64,000 nt of DNA from Spirogloea muscicola (taxonomy: Eukaryota): positions 398,893 to 462,892 of the forward strand of contig WELB01000014.1 in the NCBI GenBank assembly GCA_009602725.1. Direction: 5' to 3'. The notes under the pieces are model-generated. The model had not been told where the DNA came from. It did not search any database and worked only from the letters and a program-made list of their open reading frames with translations. How positions within the stretch are numbered: position 1 is the first letter of the stretch; every line of letters starts with the position of its first letter. The position numbers and the translations under genes were made by a program. Below are positions 14,726 through 28,400 of the stretch, piece after piece.

Positions 14726-14992
14726 GGCGCAGGCTCCGAGCCGCACGGGCCTGCCGAGCCGGAATGGGGGACCGAGACTGGACACGAGGCCTCGGCGGCA
14801 GCACAGCCGGACAAAGTGAGCGGCGGCGGAGTCGCGGTGGCGGCCGCCCGCGCCGCCCGCGGCGGCGGCGGCGGCGGCGGCGNNNNNNNNNNNNNNNNNN
14901 NNNNNNNNNNNNNNNNNNNNNNNNNNNNNNNNNNNNNNNNNNNNNNNNNNNNNNNNNNNNNNNNNNNNNNNNNNNNNNNNNNNNNNNNNNNN

Positions 14993-17900
14993 GGCGCCTC
15001 GCCGCGGCCGCCGGCGGCGGCGGCGGCGATTATGTCAGCGCGCTCGGCGACGCGGGGATGCGCGACCGCCGGCTCCGGGTGGCCATGGAGGGCTGGAACT
15101 TTTGCAACAAGGCCGGCCCGCAGCAGACGCCCGCGGAGGCGCAGCTCGACAGCCCGCGCTGGGCCGACTGCGCCGACCTCCAGTGCCCCGCCGGCGTGGC
15201 CGCCGCCAACACGACAGGTACTAGCGGCTGGCGCTGGAAGTCCCGCAGGCTGACGAGCTGGAGGCCCGCCGCTTGCTGCGCTCAGCTAGCCTCGACGTCA
15301 AGCCATGGAGTCCTTGCACGGTGCTCCTGGAAGGACCTGCCTTGGCGGCCATGGGGCCGCTTGAGCCGGTTGATGGCGTGCACGCCTTGGACTCCCATCG
15401 CACGTTGCCTTGCACGAGGCTTGTGCTTCGATGCAGCAAGGAAGCTCTCTCAGGTGATGGCAATGTCCTGTGAACGCGCGGCTCTTGGCTCGAAAGGACC
15501 TCAGGTTGCACGGTGCGCAACCTCGTGACCGATGAGGACAACTGGCTGAGGTTCGGCGACCACTTCCCGGCAGCATCGCCGGCAGCCTACGAGAATGCCA
15601 GCAATCCGGACGACTATGCGATGCAGAAGGTGTGGAAACCCCTGCAACTGAATATGAGCACCTAGGATGACAGTAGTACAGCCTACTGGTGTAGCAGGGC
15701 CTGCCGATGATGAGCAGATTGCTGTGAGGGCTCTGTCCCTGTGATCGACAACAACAACACGTACCATCCAAAAACTTTGATACTGAGGCTCTCTGCTCTG
15801 CACCTTGGTGGCTTTGGACATGCGCCACGTAGGACTTAGCACTTGGGTAGGACTTCTGCAGTGTGTCGTTGATGCCATGTCGGCCTTGCATTGAGAACCC
15901 GGCCAGATGCTGAACAAATGTGCGAGGCCGCAGGAGCACTATCTCGCCTCGCTGTGCGAGGTGACAGAGGAGGGTGACGAGCAGCAACTCCCCTGGCACT
16001 TCTGGATGATTATGCTGAAGAACGGCAACTTCAATCCGGGATGGGGCTTCTGTCCGCACACAGCTACCCAGAATGATGCGCAGGCTGTGGGCGAACAGGG
16101 GAGGTATGGTCATGGTCGTGAGCACCAAAGTACGCGCTTCAGAGGTGACTACGCTAAGGCCAGGCTCAGCACAGCGAGCGGAACTGCTGAAAGGCTGTCG
16201 TACGTCATGCCTGCGCGCTCCTTCAGGAGCCGCAGAACATCCTGCTCGAGCGCGTCCGGAGGCTGCGCGCCTGGACCATGGGCGCCGAACGAGTTCCCCT
16301 GCTTCGGACCTGGCTGCATGAACCAGCCCATTGTCCAGCACCAGTGGTCGGAGCCTCAGCATGGCTGTCATTCCAATGGGTCAACCAACAGCACGGTCAT
16401 TGGCATCAAGGGCGGTTTCAGCGGCACGTACGACATTACGCATCCAGACTCACACAGAGCAGGCTTGGACGTGGATGACATGTCGTTCTTCTCCGTGGAG
16501 TGGGAGAAGGATCCCGACAGCGGCAGCTGGACGTTCCGGCACCAGCTGGATGTCTCGACCAAGTACCCCTGGCTGATGTTGTACCTCCGTGCCGATGCGA
16601 CTTCCGGAGTTTCGGGAGGCAAGCCTTGGGATTCCAGGGGCCTCATGCGCAAGGTACTGGTGTCTGCCACATGCCTAGGCCACTGTGCGACCTTTGGCCG
16701 TTAAGCTACTACCACGAGACCCCATGCCCTGAAGCCTCAATCCTAGAGCTTTGGCTCTCACCGTAACTGCTGATTTACAGACTCTAGCATTTGTGCTCCT
16801 TCACGGACATCCTGTCGGGTTCACTGAGCTTTGCCCACACTGACAACGACTTGCTTTGTGCCTGATGATGGGTCCCAAATGTCAAGTGCCCCTCGCAGAC
16901 TGTTGATGATGCAGCACAGAGTGCTCGTTAGAGGTCATGCCTTTCACGTGCTTTCACTTTCTCTCTGCAGGTGCCAGTCAGTCCAGACTTTCGGGTACGG
17001 CTCACGCTAAATGTGACAAGGGGAGGAGGCCCGAAGAGTCAATTCTATCTCATCGACCTGGGCGGCTGCTGGAAGAACGACGGAAGCGCCTGTGACGGGA
17101 ACGTGACCACGGATGTGACTCGTTACGCAGAGATGATCATCAATCCGGAAGTTAGCGCTTGGTGCTCGAGGTGGACATTGCACATGTGCCCCCCATACCA
17201 CACTTTTGTGAATGGTACTCAGGTACACAGGTCTGATATCGAGCGGTATCCCTATTCAGCATATCACTACTATTGTGGACCTTCCAATGCTCGACATGCA
17301 GAGCAACCGTTTGGAGGCTGTGACCCTTTCAGCAACCCTCAACCACAGGTACAATAAGTGATGAATTCAGTATTGAAGAATAAGCTAGGCCGCCTCCGAT
17401 TGCGGATTGAAAACACAATAAGTGGTGAATTCAGTTGTAAAGAATAAGCTAGGATACTTCTGATAGCAGATTGAAAACATGAGAGTATCAGTTCTCTGGA
17501 TGATCCTGGTCTATGGTTCTAACACTTAAGGACTTAACTTGATAGCCTGATTGAGCACCTGAGGTTGCCTGGTCTTGCCATGCAGGTTATAGGTGGTCAG
17601 CCTTGACATGTCCTAAGCGTGTCGTGCACTGTGTCTCTGCTAACTCGTCTTGCAAGCATTCAACATTGCAGACCAACTTCTCCTTCACAAGTTGACCACA
17701 TTGGCCCTGCAACTGTGCAGGAGCTGATGCAGCTGGTGCCCCACCCTGAGTGGGCTCCTCATGGGTTCCCTTCGACAGCTGGTGAGGGCTGGATCGGCGA
17801 TCCAAGGACTTGGGAGCTAGACGCAGGGGCTTTGTCAGCAAGGCTCAACTACTATCAGGCTGGTGGCTCTGACCCCGAGTGTCTATGCGAGTCTATGCGT

Positions 17901-18233
17901 GTCTATGCAAACCAGTAGTTTGTCGTACTACTGGCTTACTTTCTCTGTATTGGGTGGTCTTGTGGGTCAGGCTACTGTCCAACTTAGAATTTAGCTAAGG
18001 CGACTGTGTTTGCTGCTCCTTAAGCTGTACACTGTTGGCGAGGCGGTTTGCTCTCTCATCATGTGAGCCAGTCACATGTGCAGGACCCGGGCAGCCCGCC
18101 TGCCAAGAGGGTGTGGCCCTCGTTGGACGTTGGTACTGAAATCTTCATCAGCCCAAGCGCTCAGACGGCGGAGTGGACGTTGAGTGACTTCGACGTCCTG
18201 GTACCCCCAGATTCGCTCATTGCCAGCCATTAA
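14993..18233 (+). CDS. Plant-specific Cys-rich uncharacterised protein (DUF7705 / At2g47010-like); start in N gap
   Basis: YVSALGDAGMR..RVAMEGWNFCN..SPRWADCADL, WHFWMIMLKNGNF, KYPWLMLYLRADAT, SQFYLIDLGGCWKNDGSACDGNVTTDVTRYAEMIINP, AEWTLSDFDVLV. Confidence 0.8.
17351..17478. repeat. Intronic tandem duplication, 2 x ~64 bp, diverged
   Basis: acaataagtg(a/g)tgaattcagt...aagaataagctagg...gattgaaaac occurs twice head-to-tail. Confidence 0.8.
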
Positions 18234-19392
18234 CCCTTCCCTTTTTCCCTTGTCTCAGCTGCTGCGGACATATGGCAGAGTCATACAGGTTGTGGCCATG
18301 GGTACCAATCACAGGAGCCCTCCTTCCCTACGCATGTGACAATCAATTATTATTTTCACAACGAGCTGTCCGCTTAGAGGACATAGTGGTGCCACATTTT
18401 TGAGCTCAGTGGAGCACATGCCAAGCACATTGTCATTTACTATTGATTGCATCCGCGGAGTCAGCTGCAAAACCCATGTTCCTGCCGCTGCATACTCATT
18501 TGTAGACTCTGGCTCGTGGTTAAAACTTGCTAAGCTGAGTCTGCAGCTGTGTTGGGCGTTGTTCAAGCCTTCAATCACTAGCAGGAGTCCCAAGGATCAA
18601 CACCTTGTTTGGCCATCTCTTGCTTCAAGTTGAGGCCAGGCTCACTCGCTGACCGTAGCAACAAACAACCACACTGGACAATCTTTGCTGGTGATGACTT
18701 GGTTCGTTTTTCATGGTTGTGCCATATGCAGCACCTTACTGCATTGGTCGAGTGATACAGGGCACTTCTCTACTACAGATGACTTTCCTGGTTTTGTGTG
18801 AGCATGCTGTCCCTAAGCTCTCTAAAGTACTTCCGGGTCTTAAAGCAGTAGCGATCCTGTCCACGTTGTCAGGCCTCTCTGCAAGCATTACACTACTTGT
18901 GGGCAAGGCCCGCAGGGTGTCCGGTACAAGTCAATAGAATTAAACAATAAATTTTAGCAACGCAACTACGTCTGCAGAGGGGACTCTAATCCGTTGGATA
19001 GTACAATTTGTGTTGGTGGTGTCGATGTAGGTGCCGATGTATAAAACAATAATGAGCCATGATGGCTTTCAGCATCTCTGTACGCGTCGGCGGTACTGTT
19101 AAATGATTGTCTCTGCACAACCTCGTTCAAGTAATATATTAAACATACGTTGTGGTGAACGAGGGAGTCGAATGAGTTCGTAGTACTCTCAGGACGGGAC
19201 ACTATGCTCCTGGCTTCCCTGTTGCATGTAAAGCATTTGCGGCAGCAGGCAATTCCTTACCTGAAATAGAGTACAAGCTGGCCAGTTGATAGCTCCTCCA
19301 ACTGGTTGGCCTCGACCACACTATCCCAGCTGACTCTTGGCCCATACTTGGACACAAGGACAGCGAGGCTGCTTGCCTGCAGAGAAGGATAA

Positions 19393-22300
19393 TCAGCCTG
19401 GCCATTCTGTCTCCGCCAGGCTGCGTAAATCATGTAGTTCTTCTCTCTTTGCTGAGCTTCCCAGTCCTGGTAAATTAACCACTGTTTCTCTCTGACGGAG
19501 TTCGCCAGGCGTTGCTGCTCGGTCCAATCTGCGCAGGCGCTCTGTTTCAGTCAAGCTATCTACAGCTGAACGACAACGACATACACGGAAACTTACAACT
19601 ACGGAAAGTTGAGAATGGTGCTTTGTCAACCACATCTACAAGCAATTAATGCTTCCAAAGCTCAGCAATGCTTGTATCACCTTCGGAGTCACTTTAAAAT
19701 TGCTGTTTCGTTGAGAAACTGCTCTTACCACTTATAGCTGAGATTGCCTCGGGGGTGAGGTTGAGACAACTTGTGCAGTTACTCATTGAGAGCAGGCAAT
19801 CTGCAAGCCAAGCAACGGCGACCAGAGAAGGTGCATCAGCATCATTCATGAGACATGGGATTGTACACTTTCAAGGACAAACATTTCCAGTGGAGCGTAT
19901 TGTTTCCAATCAGATGTCGTCTTAGGGGGAGACTATTACCAAAAGTACACGGCTCTCCAAAAAATAGCAGCTCATCATTGGCTAGGTCATCTGCTGTCAG
20001 GAATTCCTCCTTGAGAAGATTTTCATCTACTCCCTTGGTGGAGCCAATGTCGTTGTAATAGTGGTATTTAAAGCCATGCTTTGGCAGAAGGAAGAAGCCA
20101 TATATGTCCACCCTCTGGCACAACTGACACAACAGGAGCAGCACTTATACTCTGCCAAGCATCTTCAAAACATTCGCACATTGAGAGGGCAAGCAACAAC
20201 CGTACATTGTCACATGAGAACTACTTTGCATGTCATGCCAGTTGGCCTCGTCGCTTAAGGTGCTATATGCCTCTTTGCTTAAGGTGCTATTCCAATAAGT
20301 GATAATAGGATGTTCCATGTCCTGCAGGAGCTGATTAGATTCTGAACTCAAGTTTTTCTGCCAATACAACTGTTTATAAAGCTAAGCAGAATCGCGAATA
20401 TGCTCTCAGGAGGGACTTACAGTACATTGTGTACCTGCAGAGCAAACATAATACCAACCCAGCCAATCGATGGTACCAAGGCCAGTGACCTTACGATGTG
20501 GGAGAGGAAAGAAAGATCGAACGTGATCAAGTAAGTAGAAGGGAATGCTCTTTTAAAGAGCAGTAATGTTCGAATTTCAGCCTTTGCATTCCTGAGCCAA
20601 ACATGGTGTATGACAGTTTCATTGTTCTCTTGGAAACCAGCAAATTCGACATTGTTCAATCTGTACGTTGTCTTGGATCCCACCTGCAACATCCATCCAG
20701 AAGGCACTTAGTCTCCAAGGATGACCAGCTTCGCACTCACACAAGGAGAAGATGAAAGTCTTATGCTCATGACATGTATAGCATACCGTAGGTGAAGCTT
20801 AGGGGCCAAATCAGAAGAAAGGTACACCTGTTCCTGATATCCTTGGGTAGGAGCTCCATTGAAGCGAATGACAACATCGTGTTCGTCAATCTCGGCACCA
20901 TAGTCACCCAGCAGAAGCGAGCCGGAGCTTCCCACAATGGCGCAACTTCTGTGTGAGAGGCCCTCCAACGGATTATGGGGGGGTAAGAGACTTGTCAGCT
21001 CTAACTGCTGAGACTTCGTGAGCTGTTTGACCATCTCAGTGAGGTGATCTTGTTGTCGTGGCGAGTCCCCTGTGCTCGGAGGTCCCTGAGCTTCCACGTT
21101 TGCCACTGCAGATGTCAGTGCACCACGTGTGAAGAGCAGGGATCCTTGATATGGTGTCAGGGTCAGGTCTGCGAATGTTTTGGGCTCCTGAGATCAAGAA
21201 GAAACAAAGGATCAATCAAAATAAAATGAGAAGGCTATGACCTAGTCAACAGGTAGCAGGCAAGAAGTAAACAGCGACAATGGTACTACTTCCAGCGCAG
21301 CAGATTCGATTTTCCCCTTGTCCCTCTAGCGTCGACCTGGAACACCCACTTGCCAAATACACAACAGCTTGATCAATGGATAGCGTAATCTGCTCCTAAG
21401 AACAACGACTTCAGAAACTTAGCATTTGAGTAGGACCTGGCAGTCGTCTCCTGAGAACAGGAGGTTGCAGACACAAGCACCGGTGGCATCCATGAGTCCG
21501 TGGCCAGAGCATTGAGCACTCCTGTCACTTAGAGGTTGATCTGCGCCACCATAGATGCGATATTTGAAGACGATGACCAGCTTTCATGTCGATAAAGGCA
21601 GCATGCATGAGCTTCAGATGAACGTGTCTGATCCGACAAGCAGTACAACACGAAGTTCAAAGAGGAGGAATATGAGGCCTGCATTCAATTGAAGCTGTTG
21701 AAGGAGCTCACCAAATAGTACAGCAAGAGCAGTTTCTCTTGCCTGCTCGTCTGATGGCCTGCTCCCTTGATCTGAACGAACAGCCTCTCCTACACTTCCG
21801 TTTTGGCCAGCAAAATCTGTGCGCCCCAACCGTGCGACATTCTGTAGGCCTCCTAATAAGTCCACTGCATCTTCATCCTCACCCTGTCCAGCATGACCAC
21901 CTCGTGCCGAGGGCTTCTTGACCAGGTGTTGAAACCCATCATTGAAGAGGCCCCCGTCAATCAGTGAGAGATTAACCTGCCGAAGAGACCCCTTGTTTCC
22001 AGCTGGCAGCTCCTGTACTTCGCCAAGGCTGGCGTTGAAGTCTTCCATGATATCATGCTCACTTCCCACCTGACTATTTGCCCCTGGCCTTGCCTCCTCC
22101 TGCACCACCTCCTGTTCGTAGCCATAGTCATCTGTGTCCATTGCAGAGTCGTCCTTTGCAAACCATTTGGCCTTCTCGTGATATTGCAGGGGCTGCTTCC
22201 TTGCACGCTCACTGGCAGCGTCCTCCATGCTTCGCTTGCGTCTGTCCTGATCCAATGAGCTTTCCTCGAGCTCCTCTCCTGCTCCATCACCCTCCTTTCC

Positions 22301-23552
22301 CTGCTGCCCCTTCGTGGTTTCTGTTTCCTCGGTCAGTCCGGCTCCTGTGCTGTCGTCTTCAAAAACCTCTCCTGGAGGAAATATGTCCTGAATGGACTGC
22401 AGAAATGCTGATGGCGCAAGGACAGTGTCCAGCAGGTGAAATACAAGCTTTCCTTCTTGCAGGTCCACCTGAATATGACATGGCCAGGTCAATGGCCTCA
22501 ATGATCGTCACTGACTGATACCCCTTCAAGCGAAGCCTGACAGCAGCTTGGAGCCACTTCACTTGCGTATTACGACTTAGAGGCAAGGGTCTTACGGTGC
22601 TGCAGATTTGGCCATTAATCACCAGCCTGTGATGGCTGTCATGGAAGATATGAAGAGAGAAGCCTTCTATGGATTGGAGCCTGGTACCGCCTGCGTCAAG
22701 TACGTCCTCTGACAGCAGACGCATAGGAACGGTGCAGTAGCCAAGGATTATTGACAAGATAGCCTGCGTCCTCTCCCCGGTTGAGTTGCCCTGAAAGGCT
22801 GTGGAAACTCGGCGCAACGCATCGTCCAGCGGGGCGAAGATCGTGAAGGGTGCATTGGCGTCGAGCAGCTGCAGCATCGTATCTGCTGGCCGGGCAACAA
22901 GAGGTGAGCTTTTGGTCTTTGATCATTGCAGCGTCACACGTAGTCAATTGTAAGTCAAATGTGCAGTGACAAGCGAGAACTTACTGCAGTCAACGAAGTT
23001 GAAAGATCAGTGCATGAACAGAGCAAGCTTCAGATAAGTGCCGCCGACCTGCGTAGAAGTGCGTGGGCCCATCGTCAACAACTCTCGGCTGTCGCTGAGA
23101 AGCCGCCCCTCGACCTGGGCTGGGCACTGCCGATGAAGACTCGGCCGATGAAGCTCTCAATACATGGACTCAGTCGCGACTACGGCGCGAGAGCTGGTGG
23201 CAGCTCCTAGACGAGTAAGACGAGCAGCAGCAGAGAGAGAAGGTGCTGCATGACAAGCTCCGGTGCAAGCCACCGCACTGGCGCAATTGATAGTGCTACG
23301 ATGGAATTTCAAGCCGCTTTTTTGATATCAGCAGCCGCGTTCTTCTTCTCGATGCAGGCGGCAGTGGCTGCGGGGGCCGAAGATGTCGGCCCGAGCTGCG
23401 GGAGGATGGTGACTGACCGAGGAACCCGAGGTAGGCGACGAGGCCGACGAGCGCGATGAGGAGCCAGAGGCAGGCGACCTGCAGCGGCCGCGCGAAGGGC
23501 CCGCCGGCGCCGCCGCCGTCGCNCCGTCGCGCCGCCGCCGGCGCGGCCGCAT
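19393..23552 (-). CDS. Type II membrane sialyltransferase-like protein (GT29) with fasciclin (FAS1) and EGF-like domains
   Basis: N-terminal TM ([20 protein letters not shown]). FAS1 motifs [24 protein letters not shown]-like [24 protein letters not shown]. Sialylmotif [37 protein letters not shown], motif [24 protein letters not shown], motif III HYYN. Splice phases are compatible from FAS1 through GT29; the 5'-most exon joins were not resolved. Confidence 0.8.
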
Positions 23553-23599
23553 GGCGGCGGGCCCCCCCGGGCGGGGCTGCAGCGACCAGGCTGACTGGC

Positions 23600-25100
23600 A
23601 AACGGCAAGTGGACTAGCGTGACGGGAGCCACTTGACGGCGCTCCCAGGCTGCCTTTCGTCTTGCATCCAGAGAGGAAAGACTCTTCCAGTGGAGGGCGA
23701 TGGCTGTATTTGGCCAGCCCGAAAAACGGAAATGAACAAAGCATCCAGAGCAATACGTGCAACTTTCTTACCACTGAAGCGTAGATTTCGAGCTCACCAG
23801 AGGCATAGACTTCTTCCCGACGTAGCACGCTGCGCGAGTCAATGAAAGACCTTACCTTGCAACAGCTTGCATGGTCTCCTGCTCTTGGCGTGGACTACCC
23901 GCTGGAGGCCCACAGTGTCTGCTGCCATGCCGCACTTGCCGTCGGGGCAATGGACTGGTCTTCATCACCTAACCTCGTCACCACCCACCACTCACTCCCA
24001 TGTGTCCTTTCCTCTTGGGCTGGCCTCTCACTATGATAGGTATACTTGAAACTTCTGTTTCCTTTTCCATCTGCCGATTACAGGTCGCTGTCACAGCCGT
24101 CATAGTACCAGCGGCAAAGAAGCGGGATAGCAGTTGCTCCCTCTATGAAGAAGCTCACAAGATGCAGAAGTCGTTGTCGATTTTCAGTTCGTTGTCGATT
24201 TTCAGTTCAGGACAAGTAGCTGTCAGGTATTGGGGTAATGACCCTAAATAAGGAGCTGGAGCAAGCTGTGGCATCGCTGTAATGCCACAGCTTCAAACCC
24301 AATATAGCCGCTTGCTTGCCCGAGGATGCATGCAAGTGTTGAGCTACTCTAACCTTTTCCCAAGCAGCCGGGTTCTAATTCCTTGTGCTACACTCACGCC
24401 ACTCGCTTGCTTGTTTGTGAAGTGGCCCCCTCCTAGGCCCTCTACTGGTAGAAGTGCCACAACAAACACACAATTTTATGGAGGTTGGTCCTAACAGACC
24501 AGGAGCTCGCTTGGAGCCCCTTACTGCTGACAGGTTGCAAGCTTGTTGCAAAAGTCGAACGAGTACAACAGCAGCTATTAAACATGACCGGGCCAGGACC
24601 AAAGCAGGACCGTGTGACCTGCCAATGTGCGCACGCCAAGGAGTGGACAAAATGGAGGGAGGCTTCACTTTACTCTCTTCTTTCGAAAAATTATCGAAGC
24701 CCCCTCCTCCCATCCTGCCTGGATGTTGCTCACTCGCGGGTACTGAGCTCTGCATTGTCTTGTGTTTGTGTTTTGTAGTGTACTTTTTTCCCGGCTCCTC
24801 TTTCTTTGGCTTTGGACATTGTCCATTGTTTTTGGGCTGGCTTTGCCAGCCCCTCTTCTTTATGGGCGGGCACTCTCAATTAGGAGCCCCCACCGCCAGG
24901 GTTGCCCACCTTAATATCAACAAACCGTTTGTCAAGGAGCCCAAGAGGTCAATGTAAGAGGAGAAAAGTGCTGTTCCGAAGGGGGAAAAGGTCGAAGGTG
25001 GTCAGCCTCCAAGAGACACATAGAGGTTGCTGCAAAGAAGCTAGCAAGCGGGGCTCATAAAAGCAAGAGCGCCCCTTATCTATAGAATCTGGTAATACTA
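23600..25100. repeat. Repeat island with CRE-like 3' end and hairpin motif
   Basis: ttgctcactcgcgggtactga (LLTRGY*) at ~24726-24746, followed by ttgtccattgtttttgggctggctttgccagcccc (~24819-24853). Motif variant at ~24016. 18-bp tandem repeat at ~24172-24208. Confidence 0.6.
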
Positions 25101-25432
25101 GTCAGCGACCATTGATGTCCAAATAATATGAGGCGATTGCGCGGGCTCGCTGGCACGGCCTAACTGTCTGTAGCCTGAGTGTAGCCCGCATGAGGGCGAG
25201 CACCAGGGCCTGCCCACCTACTTAAGCGGGTGAAGTGGTTGCAAACCGCTCTTGACGAGCGGTTTGCAACGACAATAATGGCTAACATCTGAAAGAGCAA
25301 TATTACACCTACTTGGATCTGTGCTACGTCATGTGCATCTACACAGTTGCACGCTACCAAGCTGTATGGTACACATGTACGCTGTAAGCTACAGTGGAGA
25401 TATGCATGCTCCACTAGATACCACTGTAGCAT

Positions 25433-28400
25433 TTAAGCAACTATAGTGCTGTGTCTTGATAGTACATCCTCCTCCAACATCCAGTCTAAGTGGCGTGCTT
25501 GCACTTTTGTAGAGGGAGGTGGTAACTCTGCCTGTTCTAGTGGGACGCTTTCACTTAATCCTATGCCAGGTGGTGCATCAAGTACTTCGTCTGGCAGGAC
25601 CCTGAGGGTCTCCTTCAACAGCTCACTGATGGTCTGCAGCACAGCAAGGAGCTGTTAGATAAACTAAGCTTGAGGCTTCATATTGAGCTTCAGGTAAGAC
25701 ACCAAGGGCACAATGCATAGCATCCCAATCGCAAAGTCCTGACTTGCACTCCTGTGTGTTACTGCAAGCATCACACCTGCGCAAGTAAATGTCTCTGGCA
25801 CGAGAGTTACTGTGAGAGAAACATACTTTAGCATACCGTAGAGCCGAATCCACAGCTCTTCGCCACTGACGAGCGCCCCGCTCACCATGGAAGAGGCCTA
25901 ACAAGGGCTACACAAGTGCCATGGAGCCGATTGTCAACACAGCATCTGGATTTCTCGGTTCACAGGATGACCGTGCTTGCTAGCATATCTGAGCTGAACA
26001 AGACTGGACTCCAACAGTTCTGGTAGGAACAAATGGACAACTGGGCAAGGCAGAAAATCTCAAACGTGCATAATGGGCCACTGTTGTGCACCTTGATCAG
26101 CGTGTGCAAGCTTGGGTTATTTGGACCTAGAGTGTGCAGGGCGCAATCAGCATATGCAGAGTACTCCTCGAGTATCTGCAAGGCCAGTGAAGCCTCTCTT
26201 AGCTGGACAAGCACCTCATCAGTGATCCTTCCACCACCAAATGAGCTGGTGTAACGCAGCAAGACAAGGGCGACGGCAAAGATAAGCATTCGTCTACTGC
26301 AAAGACAACAAGTCGGTGGTACTGAAAGGACAACAAGAATGCTACGGAGACTGATAAGAGAGAGCATGTCAACCTGGCGCCTCGAGGAGGCACGGTTTGG
26401 CATTCCATAAATGGCTCGATCAGCGTCCCCTAGCACATGAAAGGAGCTGGAAAGCGACATGGTGAACACAAGTAAGCTCAAGTCAACAACCTTCACAGCT
26501 GCATGCGACACTTGCTTAAGAGGTTGAGGTGACAGTACATAGGGGACATGACAGGAATGACAATTATTGCAGGAGAACAAGTTGTGCAGAGAGTGGTTCG
26601 CATGCTCAAGCCAGTCAACATGGACTGCTATCACACGATAAACTATCTACCTCGACATGTCAATGCCCTCTGCATCTAGCTATCAAGCATCACATATCAT
26701 AACAGACCTGTGGTAAGCAGCACGTCCTATCATGACACCATGAACCCCTTTCTCCAGGACACTCTGAGCCTGTCATGACAACCATGTTGTGAGCCCTCTG
26801 ATGCTGTCACAAACTTGACACCTCCTCTTTCAGGTCACAGTATGTTTAGGCTACTGGATTTGCTAAGAAAGCTGCCAGCAGAAGACACGTTGTGATCATG
26901 CTTATATTCTTGCCTGAGGAGTAAGGTGACCACAATCAAAAGAAGCAAACTACTTGCCTGCTGCAAACTGGTGATCCCACCGTTAAGACTGAATTGTAGA
27001 TGAGAATAATCACGAAGCAAAGCATAAACATACTCGTGCCTGCCATGTACAGATCACAATAAAGAGTCACACAAAGCATGACTCCTTTGTAATCGCCTCA
27101 GCCCGCCAACACCCTAGCGGGCAGCTACATCAAAAGAGAGCCTACAGCTGACATGAAACTCATCTTTCCAATTGCTGACTAAGCATATGAACACAAGAAG
27201 AAGCAGCAAGAAGATTGCCCGCAGATCTTACTTCAAAGGTGGTATAGTGCGATTCTCTGCTGGACTCAAGCCTTTCAGATGTGCTTTTCTTGCATGAATG
27301 ATGAAATGATGCACAGGCGATTGGGTGGAAACTGTGTGCACAAATTGGCCTGAATAGACAAATAGCATATTGATAAGCAAAGCTTCAAAAGCATTCTAGA
27401 AAGGCATGAGGTATGCACGAAGCTGGCAGGTATTGCCTGGACGGTGCGCTCTCTCTTTTGTCGCTCAATTGCCAGTAGCTAAATGGCCAAATGGATTCGC
27501 TCAAGCAAAACAAGGAGGCAGTAACACATAGAAGGTCTGCATGCTGCAGCATGCAATTGCAGGGGAAGTCAAAAATCTTCAAGGAGAGGTGCAAGGAGAG
27601 GCGTCCAATTGCTGTGACATGAGAAGGACAAATTGCCACTCACACAAGTCCTCATACGAGTCATGATCGTCCACACCAATTCGACACTTGACTGTCACTG
27701 GGGCTCTGCATGAGCTAGCTATGCTTGACACAGCTTCAGCAACAACCTGCACCATAAGGGAGACCCGTCAAATTCCTGAAGCTCAAAAACTTGTGCCATT
27801 CATATCATGATACGTGCAGCCAGCTGCTTTAGCTCTTACACCTGCTTCAAGCAGGCTGGAAGATCCCTCCCATTTCAGGATACAACGACATACTCTCCTC
27901 CAACATTTGGTGCGAATTCGTGTTGGCAACAGCTACTAAAGAGGTCAGCCAGCATACCTCGGGTTGGAGCATGAGTCTTGCGCCGAAGCAGCCCTTCCCA
28001 GCCACCTTGTCGCTGGGGCATCCGCAACTGCCACACAAACATGTAAACAACAGCCATGTGGGTCAGCATTGTTCAAGGTAGGAGCTACCTCAAACATGTG
28101 AACCTGCTACTAGGTCTTATCACTGTGGAGATCCGTGTAAGGAGATATGTTCTACCACTTACTGAGGAATATCCTACTAGGCTGCTTGACATCACACGAT
28201 AGTGATGCCTACTGAGCACGTCCCATTATAGATTGATGATCAGAGCTGCACTGGACACATGTCTATGTGCAGCAAAAAGCGAGGGGACTCACAGAAGCAG
28301 TGCAGGTAGTATAGGTCTGACGTGTGTCTCACTTGAGGTTGATTTCATTGTAGTCATAAGCGTCTGCAATCTTTGTAGCCTTGGCTAGAGTTGCTGGGTT

